A stretch of 64,000 nt of DNA from a bacterium (lineage in GTDB: Bacteria > Zhuqueibacterota > QNDG01 > JAFGCO01), in contig JAFGGN010000028.1 of NCBI GenBank assembly GCA_016930535.1, forward strand, positions 4,348 through 68,347. The letters are read 5' to 3'. Shown in pieces: positions 29,851 to 39,084 of this stretch. The notes below the pieces were generated by a model. It was not told the origin of the DNA. It did no database searches and saw nothing but the letters and a program-made list of their open reading frames with translations. How positions within the stretch are numbered: the first letter of the stretch is position 1; each line of letters opens with the position of its first letter. Position numbers and translations under genes: made by a program.

Positions 29851-32800
29851 ATGAACGATTCCATCGCAAAACGAATCAATGGCCGCTGGCCTGTGATGGC
29901 CGCCTTTTTGTGTCTTTATGCATACACGGCCGTCATGTACGCAAAAACCCCGGCTCATGTCCCGTCCGGTCAGCGGGGGGATATCAAGTTCCGGGCCTAT
30001 TCCAATATCGACGGCAACAACATCAGGGCCTCGATTTTCAATTCCGGCTACAGCGGGGCGCCGCGAGAAGTCCCGGAATCCGTGAACTATGAATGGCCCA
30101 AAAATACGGACAGGATCTATATTTCCATCGTGGGCATATGGATCGGGGGTGAAGTCCGGGACGAGACCGGTGAAACGGCCAAAATCGTGGATGTTTTTGC
30201 ATGGCGAACCAGTCCTCAGGGTAATACATGGACCATGGAACCTGTACCGGGCTTTCAGAATCCGGACCTGGAAACCATGCGTGTGGCCAAAAGCGACGAT
30301 CCGGAATCCTGGCCGTCCGCATCGCAAAACGGCTGGCGGGACAAATGGAGCGATCCCGTGGACCCGGGATGGACAGGATCATGGAACGGGTATTTCGGAA
30401 AAAATGTCTTCAACGCGGATCAGGAACTCTTTTACCGCTGCTCCGATGATTTGTATGACCGGTTTACGTATTATCCGGATGAAACGGACCGGTCCAGACG
30501 CGGTCTTGGCCTGTTGATGGATGTACGCACGCTAGCCTGGACACAGGTCCTGATCAGCGACGTGATCTTTTTTATACACGACATCAAGAACGACGGAACG
30601 AAACGAATACCCAAAACCTCATTCTTGATATTTCTTGCGGATTATGTCGGCGGAGACGGCACGGATGATCAGCCGTTTATCGATCTTCAGTCCGATATTG
30701 CGTTTATGACCGACAGTGACCGCACGGGCACCAGTCCTTTCGGAGGAGAACCGGTCGGGGTCGCAGCGATCAAGTATCTCGAAACGCCGGGAAATCAGGT
30801 GGACGGTATCGACAATGACGGCGATGCGGATCTGTATCCGGAACTGATCGCACAGGTTGTACGTGATCCGGAAACGCTGATTCCGCATTTCGACGATGCG
30901 GATTTTGAACCCCGGAATCTGCTTCCCGGGGATAAAATCGTACTGATCGATCTGGAAACCTTCGACCGGCAGATCGTCACTTACCCGGTGAACGGCGGAT
31001 CCGTGGTCAGTCTGGGAGAGACCTATATACTGCCTCCGGAGGGTATCACGGTGGCTGAAGATACGACGGCCAATCTGCTCGATGAGGACCTGGACGGATT
31101 GATCGATGAAAATTATTCGCTGCACAGATGGCGCTATGATGAAATTACGAAGACCGAAGGACCGGTACGGTACATCAACTATCTCGAGTTTCAGCCGGGC
31201 GAGACCGTGAAGCGCGGGTTTGTCGTTCCGGGAGAGAATACGAAGCCGTCTTATGCAACAGTGGCCCCCCTGATCGATGAGTCCAGGGATGACGGGTTCG
31301 ACAATGACGGGGACTGGAACAGTCTCAACGACGATGTCGGTCTGGACGGCGTCAAGGGAACCGGAGACACGGGGGAGGGGGATGGGATTGCCTCGACAGG
31401 TTCGGGCACCGAATTTCCGGGCGAACCGAATATCGACAAGACAGATGTTACGGAAACCGATCTGATCGGCCTTACCTCGGCGGTTCAGATTCCAGTGGGT
31501 GATATATCCTACAATACGACACCGGACAGGTATTTGTGGGATTATTTTATGACCCCGGGACGCTTCGATCTGCCCCGGCCCACCGGCGAGTACGATACGT
31601 TTGTGGCATCAGGATTTTTTCCGCTGGAACCGGGCCAGAGACAGCGGATGGCCATTGCCGTGTCCATATCCGGAGGCGGACAGACCAGGGACGAGGATCT
31701 CCGCAGCGTGACGGAAAAACTGTCGGACGCGCGGAAAGCCTATGCGGCCGATTATCAGTTTGCCAAGGCACCCATTCAGGTAACGGTCCGGGCTGTTCCG
31801 GGCGATGGAGAAGTGACGCTTTACTGGGATGATACGGCCGAGTTTTCTGTGGACCAGTATCTGGAGGATATCGGCGGTCCCTCACGCGATTTCGAAGGGT
31901 ATCGTGTATACAGGGCCACGGACCCGGCATTTCTGGATGCCAAACTGATCACGGACGGTTACGGTGTGGCCACCCTGCTCAAACCTCTGGCCCAGTTCGA
32001 TCTGGCCGACGGCATCATGGGTTTCGATCCGGTTGGGTTCAAGGGAGTGCAGTTTAACCTGGGTGACGATACGGGACTCTCTCATTCCTATACGGACAGG
32101 GGGCTGGTCAACGGACAGCGCTATTTCTATGCGGTAACGGCTTATGATTTCGGCTTTCCTGCCGCCATGATCGCGCCGACCGAAACGCCGATCAGCGTGG
32201 ATGTCGATCTTGAGGGAAACATCCGTACGGGAACCAATGTGGTGATTGTCAGACCGACTGCCAGGGCGGCCGGTTATCTGCCGGCGGAGATCCGGAATTT
32301 TGAACACGCACGGGGAAGTGCAACAGGAGACATTGTACTGACAGTCGTGGATCCGGCTGCGATCATGGGCGGACATGTTTATGAAATAGCGTTTCAGGAT
32401 ACCATTGTTGCAGGGAAAGATACGGATACGCTGAGAACCAGGAATTTTTCCGTTCATGATCTGACCGCAATTACTTGCCTGATCGACCAAAGCACGTTGC
32501 TTGGGCTGAATGATGAGATTCCCATTTTTGACGGCATTCAGATCAAATTGTTCAATGAAAACCAGGTGGCCCTGGATATCGCCTTGTCGGGCTGGAACAG
32601 GGATGCGGTTTATCCTTATTCATTTTCACCGGTTACCTTTATCGGAATCAAGGGCGAAAAGCGGCCCAATGACTACCGGATAGTTGTGGGTGAACCCGGA
32701 ATGACCGCATCGAAGGACACTTCCATCAGCTTTTACCGTCTGCCCTCCAAACAGGTGAATGTCAAGGTGGTCGGTCTGGCGGACAATAAGGAAATACCCT

Positions 32801-33387
32801 TCGCATTCGCGGAACTGGACGGAAATGACGGCCGGTTCACGGTGGATCCGAACGATGCGGACAATACGGATATCATCATGCTGCTTGAAAAGAACAGCAA
32901 GGGAAAACTGGTGTATACGTGGCAGATCTTCATGAATACCAGGCCCGGAGGCGAGAATCCGCAGCCTGGAGATACACTCGATTTGTTTTTGAAAAAACCG
33001 TTTCTTTCATCCGATCTGTATCGCTTTGAGGTGAAAGAGGCCGGTATATCCAATGAAATAGCCAGGCAGGCTCTGGAAGATATTCGTGTGGTCCCGAATC
33101 CCTATATGGCCATTGTTGCCTGGGAGCCGAAAAATACATACAACAGCGGCCGCGGCCCCAGGGAAATCCATTTTATCAATCTGCCTGCGAAATGCACCAT
33201 CCGTATTTTCGATGTGAACGGAACGCTCGTCGACCGGCTCGATCATGTAACTACCATTGAAAACGGCACGGAGCGCTGGGATGTCCTGAGCAAGGAAAAT
33301 CTGGACATCTCCTACGGACTTTATATTTATCATGTCGATGCACCCGATATCGGGCAGAAGACCGGTACCTTTGCGATCATTAAATAA
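29851..33387 (+). CDS. 1178-aa secreted protein of unknown function with Asp/Gly Ca-binding-type motifs, FN3-like domain and T9SS-like C-terminal domain
   Basis: Signal; DGIDNDGD, DEDLDGLIDE, DDGFDNDGDW, GLDGVKGTGDTGEGDG; FN3-like VTLYWD..FEGYRVYR..YTD..YFYAVTAYD; CTD IRVVPNPY..IHFINLP..IRIF..W..GLYIYHV. Confidence 0.75.
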   Translation: MNDSIAKRINGRWPVMAAFLCLYAYTAVMYAKTPAHVPSGQRGDIKFRAYSNIDGNNIRASIFNSGYSGAPREVPESVNYEWPKNTDRIYISIVGIWIGGEVRDETGETAKIVDVFAWRTSPQGNTWTMEPVPGFQNPDLETMRVAKSDDPESWPSASQNGWRDKWSDPVDPGWTGSWNGYFGKNVFNADQELFYRCSDDLYDRFTYYPDETDRSRRGLGLLMDVRTLAWTQVLISDVIFFIHDIKNDGTKRIPKTSFLIFLADYVGGDGTDDQPFIDLQSDIAFMTDSDRTGTSPFGGEPVGVAAIKYLETPGNQVDGIDNDGDADLYPELIAQVVRDPETLIPHFDDADFEPRNLLPGDKIVLIDLETFDRQIVTYPVNGGSVVSLGETYILPPEGITVAEDTTANLLDEDLDGLIDENYSLHRWRYDEITKTEGPVRYINYLEFQPGETVKRGFVVPGENTKPSYATVAPLIDESRDDGFDNDGDWNSLNDDVGLDGVKGTGDTGEGDGIASTGSGTEFPGEPNIDKTDVTETDLIGLTSAVQIPVGDISYNTTPDRYLWDYFMTPGRFDLPRPTGEYDTFVASGFFPLEPGQRQRMAIAVSISGGGQTRDEDLRSVTEKLSDARKAYAADYQFAKAPIQVTVRAVPGDGEVTLYWDDTAEFSVDQYLEDIGGPSRDFEGYRVYRATDPAFLDAKLITDGYGVATLLKPLAQFDLADGIMGFDPVGFKGVQFNLGDDTGLSHSYTDRGLVNGQRYFYAVTAYDFGFPAAMIAPTETPISVDVDLEGNIRTGTNVVIVRPTARAAGYLPAEIRNFEHARGSATGDIVLTVVDPAAIMGGHVYEIAFQDTIVAGKDTDTLRTRNFSVHDLTAITCLIDQSTLLGLNDEIPIFDGIQIKLFNENQVALDIALSGWNRDAVYPYSFSPVTFIGIKGEKRPNDYRIVVGEPGMTASKDTSISFYRLPSKQVNVKVVGLADNKEIPFAFAELDGNDGRFTVDPNDADNTDIIMLLEKNSKGKLVYTWQIFMNTRPGGENPQPGDTLDLFLKKPFLSSDLYRFEVKEAGISNEIARQALEDIRVVPNPYMAIVAWEPKNTYNSGRGPREIHFINLPAKCTIRIFDVNGTLVDRLDHVTTIENGTERWDVLSKENLDISYGLYIYHVDAPDIGQKTGTFAIIK

Positions 33388-33399
33388 GGGAAACTGAAC

Positions 33400-34443
33400 A
33401 TGAATCATATCGTGAAAGTCAGGATCATCGTACAGACGGTTTTAGCGGCCAGTCTGCTTGCCGGTCTGATCGGTCTGCAAGGGCAATCGGTAAAGAAAGT
33501 CGGGACATCTGCTGCCGCATTTTTAAGGATACCTGCAGGATCCAGGGGCATCGCCATGGGAAGCGCGTTTACGGCCAGTGCAGAAGATGTTTCTTCCATG
33601 TACTGGAATCCAGGCGCAGTCGCTTATCTGAACCGGTACGGCATTCTCGTTCACCATTCACCCTGGCTTCCCGGACTGGATTACACCTATTTCGGATTCG
33701 TACTGCCGGTTCAGTCTCTTGGTGTAGTGGGTGTGAATGTCGTTTCGCTCAGATCGGAGGAAATGGATATTACAACGCCCGAAGCGCCAATGGGTACAGG
33801 AGAAACCTTTGATGCCGCAAGCACAGCCCTGGGCATCACATTTTCTCGAAGACTGACCGACCGGTTTTCCATCGGCGCGAATTTCAAGTTCATCCAGGAA
33901 CGCATTTTTCACTGCGATGCCATGGGACTGGCCTTCGATGTCGGTACCCTTTTCATCACGCCTTTCAGGGATATCCGTTTCGGCGTAAATATATCCAATA
34001 TCGGCACCCGGATGCAGATGCTGGGTGAAGATCTGAATTCTTATGTGGATGTCGCTCCGAACCAGGAAGGCAATAATGAAACCATTGTCGCTCAGCTGAA
34101 TACGGACCGGTTTGATCTGCCGATCATACTGAGGCTGGGCCTCGCCTGGGATGTCAGGCTTCCTGCAGGATCAAGAATGACACTGGCCTGCGACGGTGTC
34201 AATCCCAACGACAATGGGCAGAGTCTCAATTTCGGATGTGAGTTTGCAACGTTCGCTGAATCTGTGTTTTTAAGGGGAGGATTTAACGAATTTCTGCAGG
34301 AAGACCGTGAAAAGGGATTGACACTGGGTGCCGGTGTCCATCTGCCGGCAGCGGACAGACTTCATCTGACCATCGATTATGCCTATCAGGATTTTCATTA
34401 TCTCGGAGCAGTGAATCATTTTTCAATCGAGATACAATTTTAA
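33400..34443 (+). CDS. PorV/PorQ-family (FadL-like) outer-membrane beta-barrel
   Basis: AAFLRIPAGSRGIAMGSAFTA..DVSSMYWNPGA; AFDVG; DYAY; terminal F. Confidence 0.85.
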   Translation: MNHIVKVRIIVQTVLAASLLAGLIGLQGQSVKKVGTSAAAFLRIPAGSRGIAMGSAFTASAEDVSSMYWNPGAVAYLNRYGILVHHSPWLPGLDYTYFGFVLPVQSLGVVGVNVVSLRSEEMDITTPEAPMGTGETFDAASTALGITFSRRLTDRFSIGANFKFIQERIFHCDAMGLAFDVGTLFITPFRDIRFGVNISNIGTRMQMLGEDLNSYVDVAPNQEGNNETIVAQLNTDRFDLPIILRLGLAWDVRLPAGSRMTLACDGVNPNDNGQSLNFGCEFATFAESVFLRGGFNEFLQEDREKGLTLGAGVHLPAADRLHLTIDYAYQDFHYLGAVNHFSIEIQF

Positions 34444-34542
34444 AAGGAAAGGGAAGGAGGAGGTGATTCAATTTCCGCATATCGCAAAAGTCCATAAGTG
34501 ATCAACAAACGATACGATTTCAAACCCAGAAGGGGAGGTCAA

Positions 34543-36606
34543 ATGAATCAGAAAGCAGTTCAATACTGGAAAGCGGCATTCATTCTCATGTTTGCGACAT
34601 TGTTTGCTGTGTCCGCCTTAGGACAGAACATCAATGTAACCATCCGTTTGAACACGGCGACAAACCGGGACACATTGATGGATCATCATGTGGTTCAGAT
34701 ACGCGGTGAGGCGGACGGGGAAATCGTTCCGGCTGTGACATGGGGAGATGATACGGGTATTTCAATGGTGAATGTCGGCGGTGATTATTGGGAGACAACC
34801 TTTCAAATCGCTCCCGGCACACAGTTGAAATACAAATTCTGGACCGGGTTCGATAACGCCACCAGCACGTTTTTCTGGGGCGGATGGGAAGGTCCCATCA
34901 TTCCCGGAAATCCCGTGGACAGCGGGGACAACCGGTATTTTGTGGCCGGCAGCAACGATACGACGCTTGCACTGCAGTTCTATCACGGCACCGAGAGTCC
35001 CACGAATCAGTACTGGCGTCCGTATGAAGAGAAGCCCGATACCTTTGCCGTGTATTTTAAAGTGAGTATGGCGGCCCTGATGGAAACCCATGATTTCGAT
35101 CCGGCCACGGATAACGTGGTCGTACGTGGCAGCACGCCGCTGGATCCCACCGATTCATGGAACACGGAAGTCCAGCTTGCCCAGGTGGCCGGAAGCGTCG
35201 ACAACGGCGCATTTTTCGCCGGTGCTGGCTATATAGCTGAGAGTGATGTTCTTGGCGGAGAATGGCAGAATTTCAAATTTGTATACAACAAAGGCGGCAG
35301 CGCGGTCTGGGAAAGTACGCCCAACCGGTTTTTTCAGTACTCGGCTCCTGTGGATACCACCATTCTCTGGTCCTATTTCAACAATCAAAAACCCACAGGG
35401 GGCAATATTGTCGAGGCCACGCTGACCTGGCAGGTAAAAACGGACGGCCTCGAAAAACTGGGCCTGTTCGACCGCAGCCTGGGTGAACACATCATTATCG
35501 ATGGTGCCAAGGCATGGGATACGGAGAATGCCATCGAGATGAATTATGTTCCGCTCCTGCAGCTCTGGATGGGACAGGAACCCTTTATCAAGGCACCCGG
35601 CGCGACACTCGAATACAAAACCGTGATTATCTGGGACGATTCGCGCGTGGATCCGGCCAGTCCTAATTATCTGCCGGGACTCGATCTGGAAGTGCCGCTT
35701 CAGTACTGGGAAGAACCCTGCGTCAATGGATCCGGCAACCGGAATTATGTTTATACGGACCAGACAGATCAGGCTGTCCCGGGCGATTTCGGACTGGATT
35801 GGCAGTACTTTAACGGGCTGCCGGCCGAAGGTGTTATCGAGACGCCGATCACGGTCACGTTCAGTATCGATATGACGCCTGCGATGGATATCGCGACCAA
35901 TCCCTCCAATCCCCTGTTCAGGCCCGGCATCGATACGGTCTGGGTTCAGTTCTACGGCTGTCTTCTTCCGCTGACCCAGGGCGATGGTATTTATACCAAT
36001 ACGCCTTTTCAGCTGGACGATACGGACGGCGATCTGATCTATTCGGGTTCCTTGCCCCTGATACCCCCGGTCCCGTTTGATGTCGGATTCAGGGTGAACT
36101 ATTCATCGGAAACCGGCGCCGTCATTCAGAACGGCGGAGGATTCCAGAGGGGAAGAAGCTACTATCAGTTCGTGCATCCGACTGCGGTGAATGCCGACGG
36201 AACCATCGAGTGGCCCGCCCAGTTTGATTTCCCTGTTCTGGAATGGATGGACAGCGACCTCACCGTCGAGGATCCTCCCGACCTGTGGACAGCGGCAACG
36301 GATGTCGAAACTGCGTATGAATCCGGACCGACGTTCCGTCTGGCGCAGAATTTTCCCAATCCGTTCAATCCCGAAACGACCGTGCCTTATGAGGTTGCCC
36401 GGAAATCCCATGTATGCATCTGCGTGCATAACCTGAACGGACAGGTGGTAAAAACCCTGGTGAATACGGATCAGCAGGCCGGTGATTATTCCGTAACCTG
36501 GAACGGAACGGATGCGGCAGGCAGAGCGGTATCCACGGGTATTTATTTTATCAGAATGACCGCTGAATCCTATGAACGGGTTCAGAAAATCACCCTCCTG
36601 AGATAA
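34543..36606 (+). CDS. Secreted non-catalytic multi-Ig/CBM-like protein with T9SS/FlgD-Ig C-terminal domain
   Basis: Signal after GGAGG SD; repeated VTIRLN / VYFKVSM / VTFSIDM beta-sandwich starts with YKF motifs; CTD LAQNFPNPFNPET..G+YF..KITLLR. Confidence 0.75.
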   Translation: MNQKAVQYWKAAFILMFATLFAVSALGQNINVTIRLNTATNRDTLMDHHVVQIRGEADGEIVPAVTWGDDTGISMVNVGGDYWETTFQIAPGTQLKYKFWTGFDNATSTFFWGGWEGPIIPGNPVDSGDNRYFVAGSNDTTLALQFYHGTESPTNQYWRPYEEKPDTFAVYFKVSMAALMETHDFDPATDNVVVRGSTPLDPTDSWNTEVQLAQVAGSVDNGAFFAGAGYIAESDVLGGEWQNFKFVYNKGGSAVWESTPNRFFQYSAPVDTTILWSYFNNQKPTGGNIVEATLTWQVKTDGLEKLGLFDRSLGEHIIIDGAKAWDTENAIEMNYVPLLQLWMGQEPFIKAPGATLEYKTVIIWDDSRVDPASPNYLPGLDLEVPLQYWEEPCVNGSGNRNYVYTDQTDQAVPGDFGLDWQYFNGLPAEGVIETPITVTFSIDMTPAMDIATNPSNPLFRPGIDTVWVQFYGCLLPLTQGDGIYTNTPFQLDDTDGDLIYSGSLPLIPPVPFDVGFRVNYSSETGAVIQNGGGFQRGRSYYQFVHPTAVNADGTIEWPAQFDFPVLEWMDSDLTVEDPPDLWTAATDVETAYESGPTFRLAQNFPNPFNPETTVPYEVARKSHVCICVHNLNGQVVKTLVNTDQQAGDYSVTWNGTDAAGRAVSTGIYFIRMTAESYERVQKITLLR

Positions 36607-36631
36607 GGAACAACTCAGGGCATGATGTTAA

Positions 36632-36702
36632 CGGAGAGGGTTGTCCGAACGGTCAGGTTTGGAGCCTTCCTGCGGACTGATCGGGCAGCCCTCCCGCTTT
36701 TT
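36632..36702 (+). terminator. Long stem-loop with U-tract inside the operon
   Basis: GAGGGTTGTCCGA pairs with TCGGGCAGCCCTC (2 G-U pairs), extended inner stem, followed by CTTTTT. Confidence 0.6.
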
Positions 36703-36737
36703 CTGATCAAACGCGTCACGATGCGCCGGGAACCGAA

Positions 36738-38960
36738 TTGAAATACACGATATGGCACATTCTGTGTTTTTGCTGCCCTCTTCTTATTATCAGCAATGGC
36801 CTTGCTGCCGAGCCGGGGATAATCAAGGGAGCCGATGTTTCGTTCCTTCCGCAGATTCAGGACCTCGGGGGTGTTTATAAAGACAACGGGGTTCCCGGAG
36901 ATCCGCTGAAAATACTCAAGGACCACGGATTCAACCTGATCCGCCTGAAACTCTGGCATACGCCTGCGGACCCGTACAACAATCTCGAAAAAATCCTCAT
37001 GATGGCCAGGCGTATCAGGGAACGTGAGCTGCAGTTCCTTCTGGATATTCATTATTCGGATACCTGGGCGGATCCGGGCCGGCAGAACAAACCTGCGGCC
37101 TGGTCGGAACTCGATTTTGAGACGCTCAGGGACAGTGTGCAAAACTATACACGGAACGTGATTGCGGCCCTGAATAATCAGGGCACAACGCCAGATATGG
37201 TTCAGATCGGGAATGAGATTATTTCGGGCATGCTTTGGAACGATGGCCGTGTCGGCGGCGGTTTTAACACCGGGGGTCAATGGGACAGGCTTGCAGACCT
37301 GATTCAGGGCGCCGTCCAGGGTATCAGGGAATCCGGTTCATCAGGGGATTCTGTTCGCATCATGATTCATATAGACCGCGGCGGCGATAACGCCGGATCG
37401 CGATGGTTTTTTGATCATCTGATCGCACGCAGCGTGGCATTCGACGTGATCGGACTGTCGTTTTATCCCTGGTGGCACGGCTCACTGAACGACCTCAGAA
37501 TCAATTTAAACGACCTGGCCAAAAGATACGGCAAGGACATTGTGGTCGTGGAAACCGCCTATCCCTGGACGCTGCAATGGGCGGATGCGGTTCCGAATAT
37601 ACTGGGAAACGCCGGCGATCTGCTGGCCGGATATCCGGCCTCTGTAGATGGTCAGACTAAATTTTTACGGGATCTGATCCGGATCATCAGAAATACGGAC
37701 GATCAGCGGGCGATCGGACTGGTCTACTGGGCGCCGGAATATATTTCGGTCGATCCCATCGGTTCTCCATGGGAAAACAACACACTGTTCGATTTTGAAG
37801 GCAATGCCCTGCCCGCTATGGATGTGTTTAAAGAGGAACCATCCGATCTGGCACCCGTTCAGGTGACCGTCCGGCTGAATACATCGACACTGGCTGATAC
37901 GCTGAGTGAGATGCACGTGGTGCAGATCCGGGGGGAGCTGTCAGGACTTTCCTCTGGAAGCACGCCTGACGGCAGAATGATCACATGGGATTCCGATTCG
38001 GAAATAATCCTTCAAAACAGGGGCGGCGACTACTGGGAAACATCTTTCCAGATGCTTCCCGGCGACCGGCTGGATTATAAATTCTGGACAGGCTTCAGCA
38101 GCACAAAGGGAACATTTCAACGCCTGGGATGGGAGGGTCCTGTAAATACCGAAGATGGCCTTTCAGCAAATACGCGTGTATTTGTTGCAGGAACGCAGGA
38201 TAGCGTTTTGACGATGCAGTACTACAACTCAGAAAGCGAATTAAAGCAGCAGTACTGGCAGCCTTTCAGATCCACGGCAGATTCTGTTGCGGTTCTGTTT
38301 CGTGTGAATATGGGAAAGGAGACAGTACTGGGCCGGTTCGATCCGGATTTAAACGGGCCCGTGACCGTGCGGGGTGATGAACGGGCCACGGGTGGCATGC
38401 TGACCTGGGAGGCTTCCAATCTCGTTCTCAGCAGGGAAACATTCAGTGTCAATGACGGATCATTCTGGTCCGGCGTCGGTTATTTGCCGAAATCCGCGCT
38501 CGAATCAGGAGATACGGTGTTCTACGCATTTTATATTGAAAATGCATCAGAAAATGCATGGGAAGACCATGGATTGACACGGTTTTTCATAGTGACGGAA
38601 TCGCTGCTCAATACCGGATCCGACACCACGCTTCACTGGGACTTTTTTGAGGGCAGTCAGGGGCAGAGCGGCATTGAAGCTCATTCCGGACCTCCCTGCG
38701 CATTCAGGCTGAATCAGAATTATCCGAACCCTTTCAATGCGGTAACCACGATTTCTTATGAGATACCTGGAAAAACCCTTGTGTCATTAAAGATATATAA
38801 TATGCTGGGAGAGCAGATTGCCGTACTGAAGGATGGCGAGCTGCCCGGCGGGTTTTACAGAATCCGCTTCGATGGATCCGGATTGGGATCGGGATCCTAT
38901 ATATACCGGCTCAGTGCCGGACGGAAAAATGCGGCAAGGCAATTCCAGGTGATCAAATAG
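36738..38960 (+). CDS. Secreted GH53 endo-beta-1,4-galactanase with accessory domains and T9SS C-terminal domain
   Basis: GADVS, DIHYSDTWADPGRQ, QIGNEI (acid/base), SFYPWW, VETAYP (nucleophile); CTD LNQNYPNPFNAVT. Confidence 0.92.
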   Translation: MKYTIWHILCFCCPLLIISNGLAAEPGIIKGADVSFLPQIQDLGGVYKDNGVPGDPLKILKDHGFNLIRLKLWHTPADPYNNLEKILMMARRIRERELQFLLDIHYSDTWADPGRQNKPAAWSELDFETLRDSVQNYTRNVIAALNNQGTTPDMVQIGNEIISGMLWNDGRVGGGFNTGGQWDRLADLIQGAVQGIRESGSSGDSVRIMIHIDRGGDNAGSRWFFDHLIARSVAFDVIGLSFYPWWHGSLNDLRINLNDLAKRYGKDIVVVETAYPWTLQWADAVPNILGNAGDLLAGYPASVDGQTKFLRDLIRIIRNTDDQRAIGLVYWAPEYISVDPIGSPWENNTLFDFEGNALPAMDVFKEEPSDLAPVQVTVRLNTSTLADTLSEMHVVQIRGELSGLSSGSTPDGRMITWDSDSEIILQNRGGDYWETSFQMLPGDRLDYKFWTGFSSTKGTFQRLGWEGPVNTEDGLSANTRVFVAGTQDSVLTMQYYNSESELKQQYWQPFRSTADSVAVLFRVNMGKETVLGRFDPDLNGPVTVRGDERATGGMLTWEASNLVLSRETFSVNDGSFWSGVGYLPKSALESGDTVFYAFYIENASENAWEDHGLTRFFIVTESLLNTGSDTTLHWDFFEGSQGQSGIEAHSGPPCAFRLNQNYPNPFNAVTTISYEIPGKTLVSLKIYNMLGEQIAVLKDGELPGGFYRIRFDGSGLGSGSYIYRLSAGRKNAARQFQVIK

Positions 38961-38967
38961 CCGGGTT

Positions 38968-38988
38968 GCGGTCCGGGCCCGGAACCGC
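38968..38988 (+). other. GC-rich hairpin between the secreted and cytoplasmic halves of the locus
   Basis: GCGGTCCGG-GC-CCGGAACCGC near-palindrome just after the GH53 stop. Confidence 0.35.
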
Positions 38989-39084
38989 TGCGGTAATGTC
39001 CGTTTTTTGATGGATAAACGGCTTTATTTCCGTCAGGGATAAGAATTGCCGGTCATGAAGACGAAAATATCCGAGGAAGAAAGG

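Noticed and set aside
36632-36702. Possible SRP RNA (contains GGTCAGG)
   Set aside because: Lacks the GNRA loop and AGCAG of SRP helix 8; treated as an mRNA stem-loop
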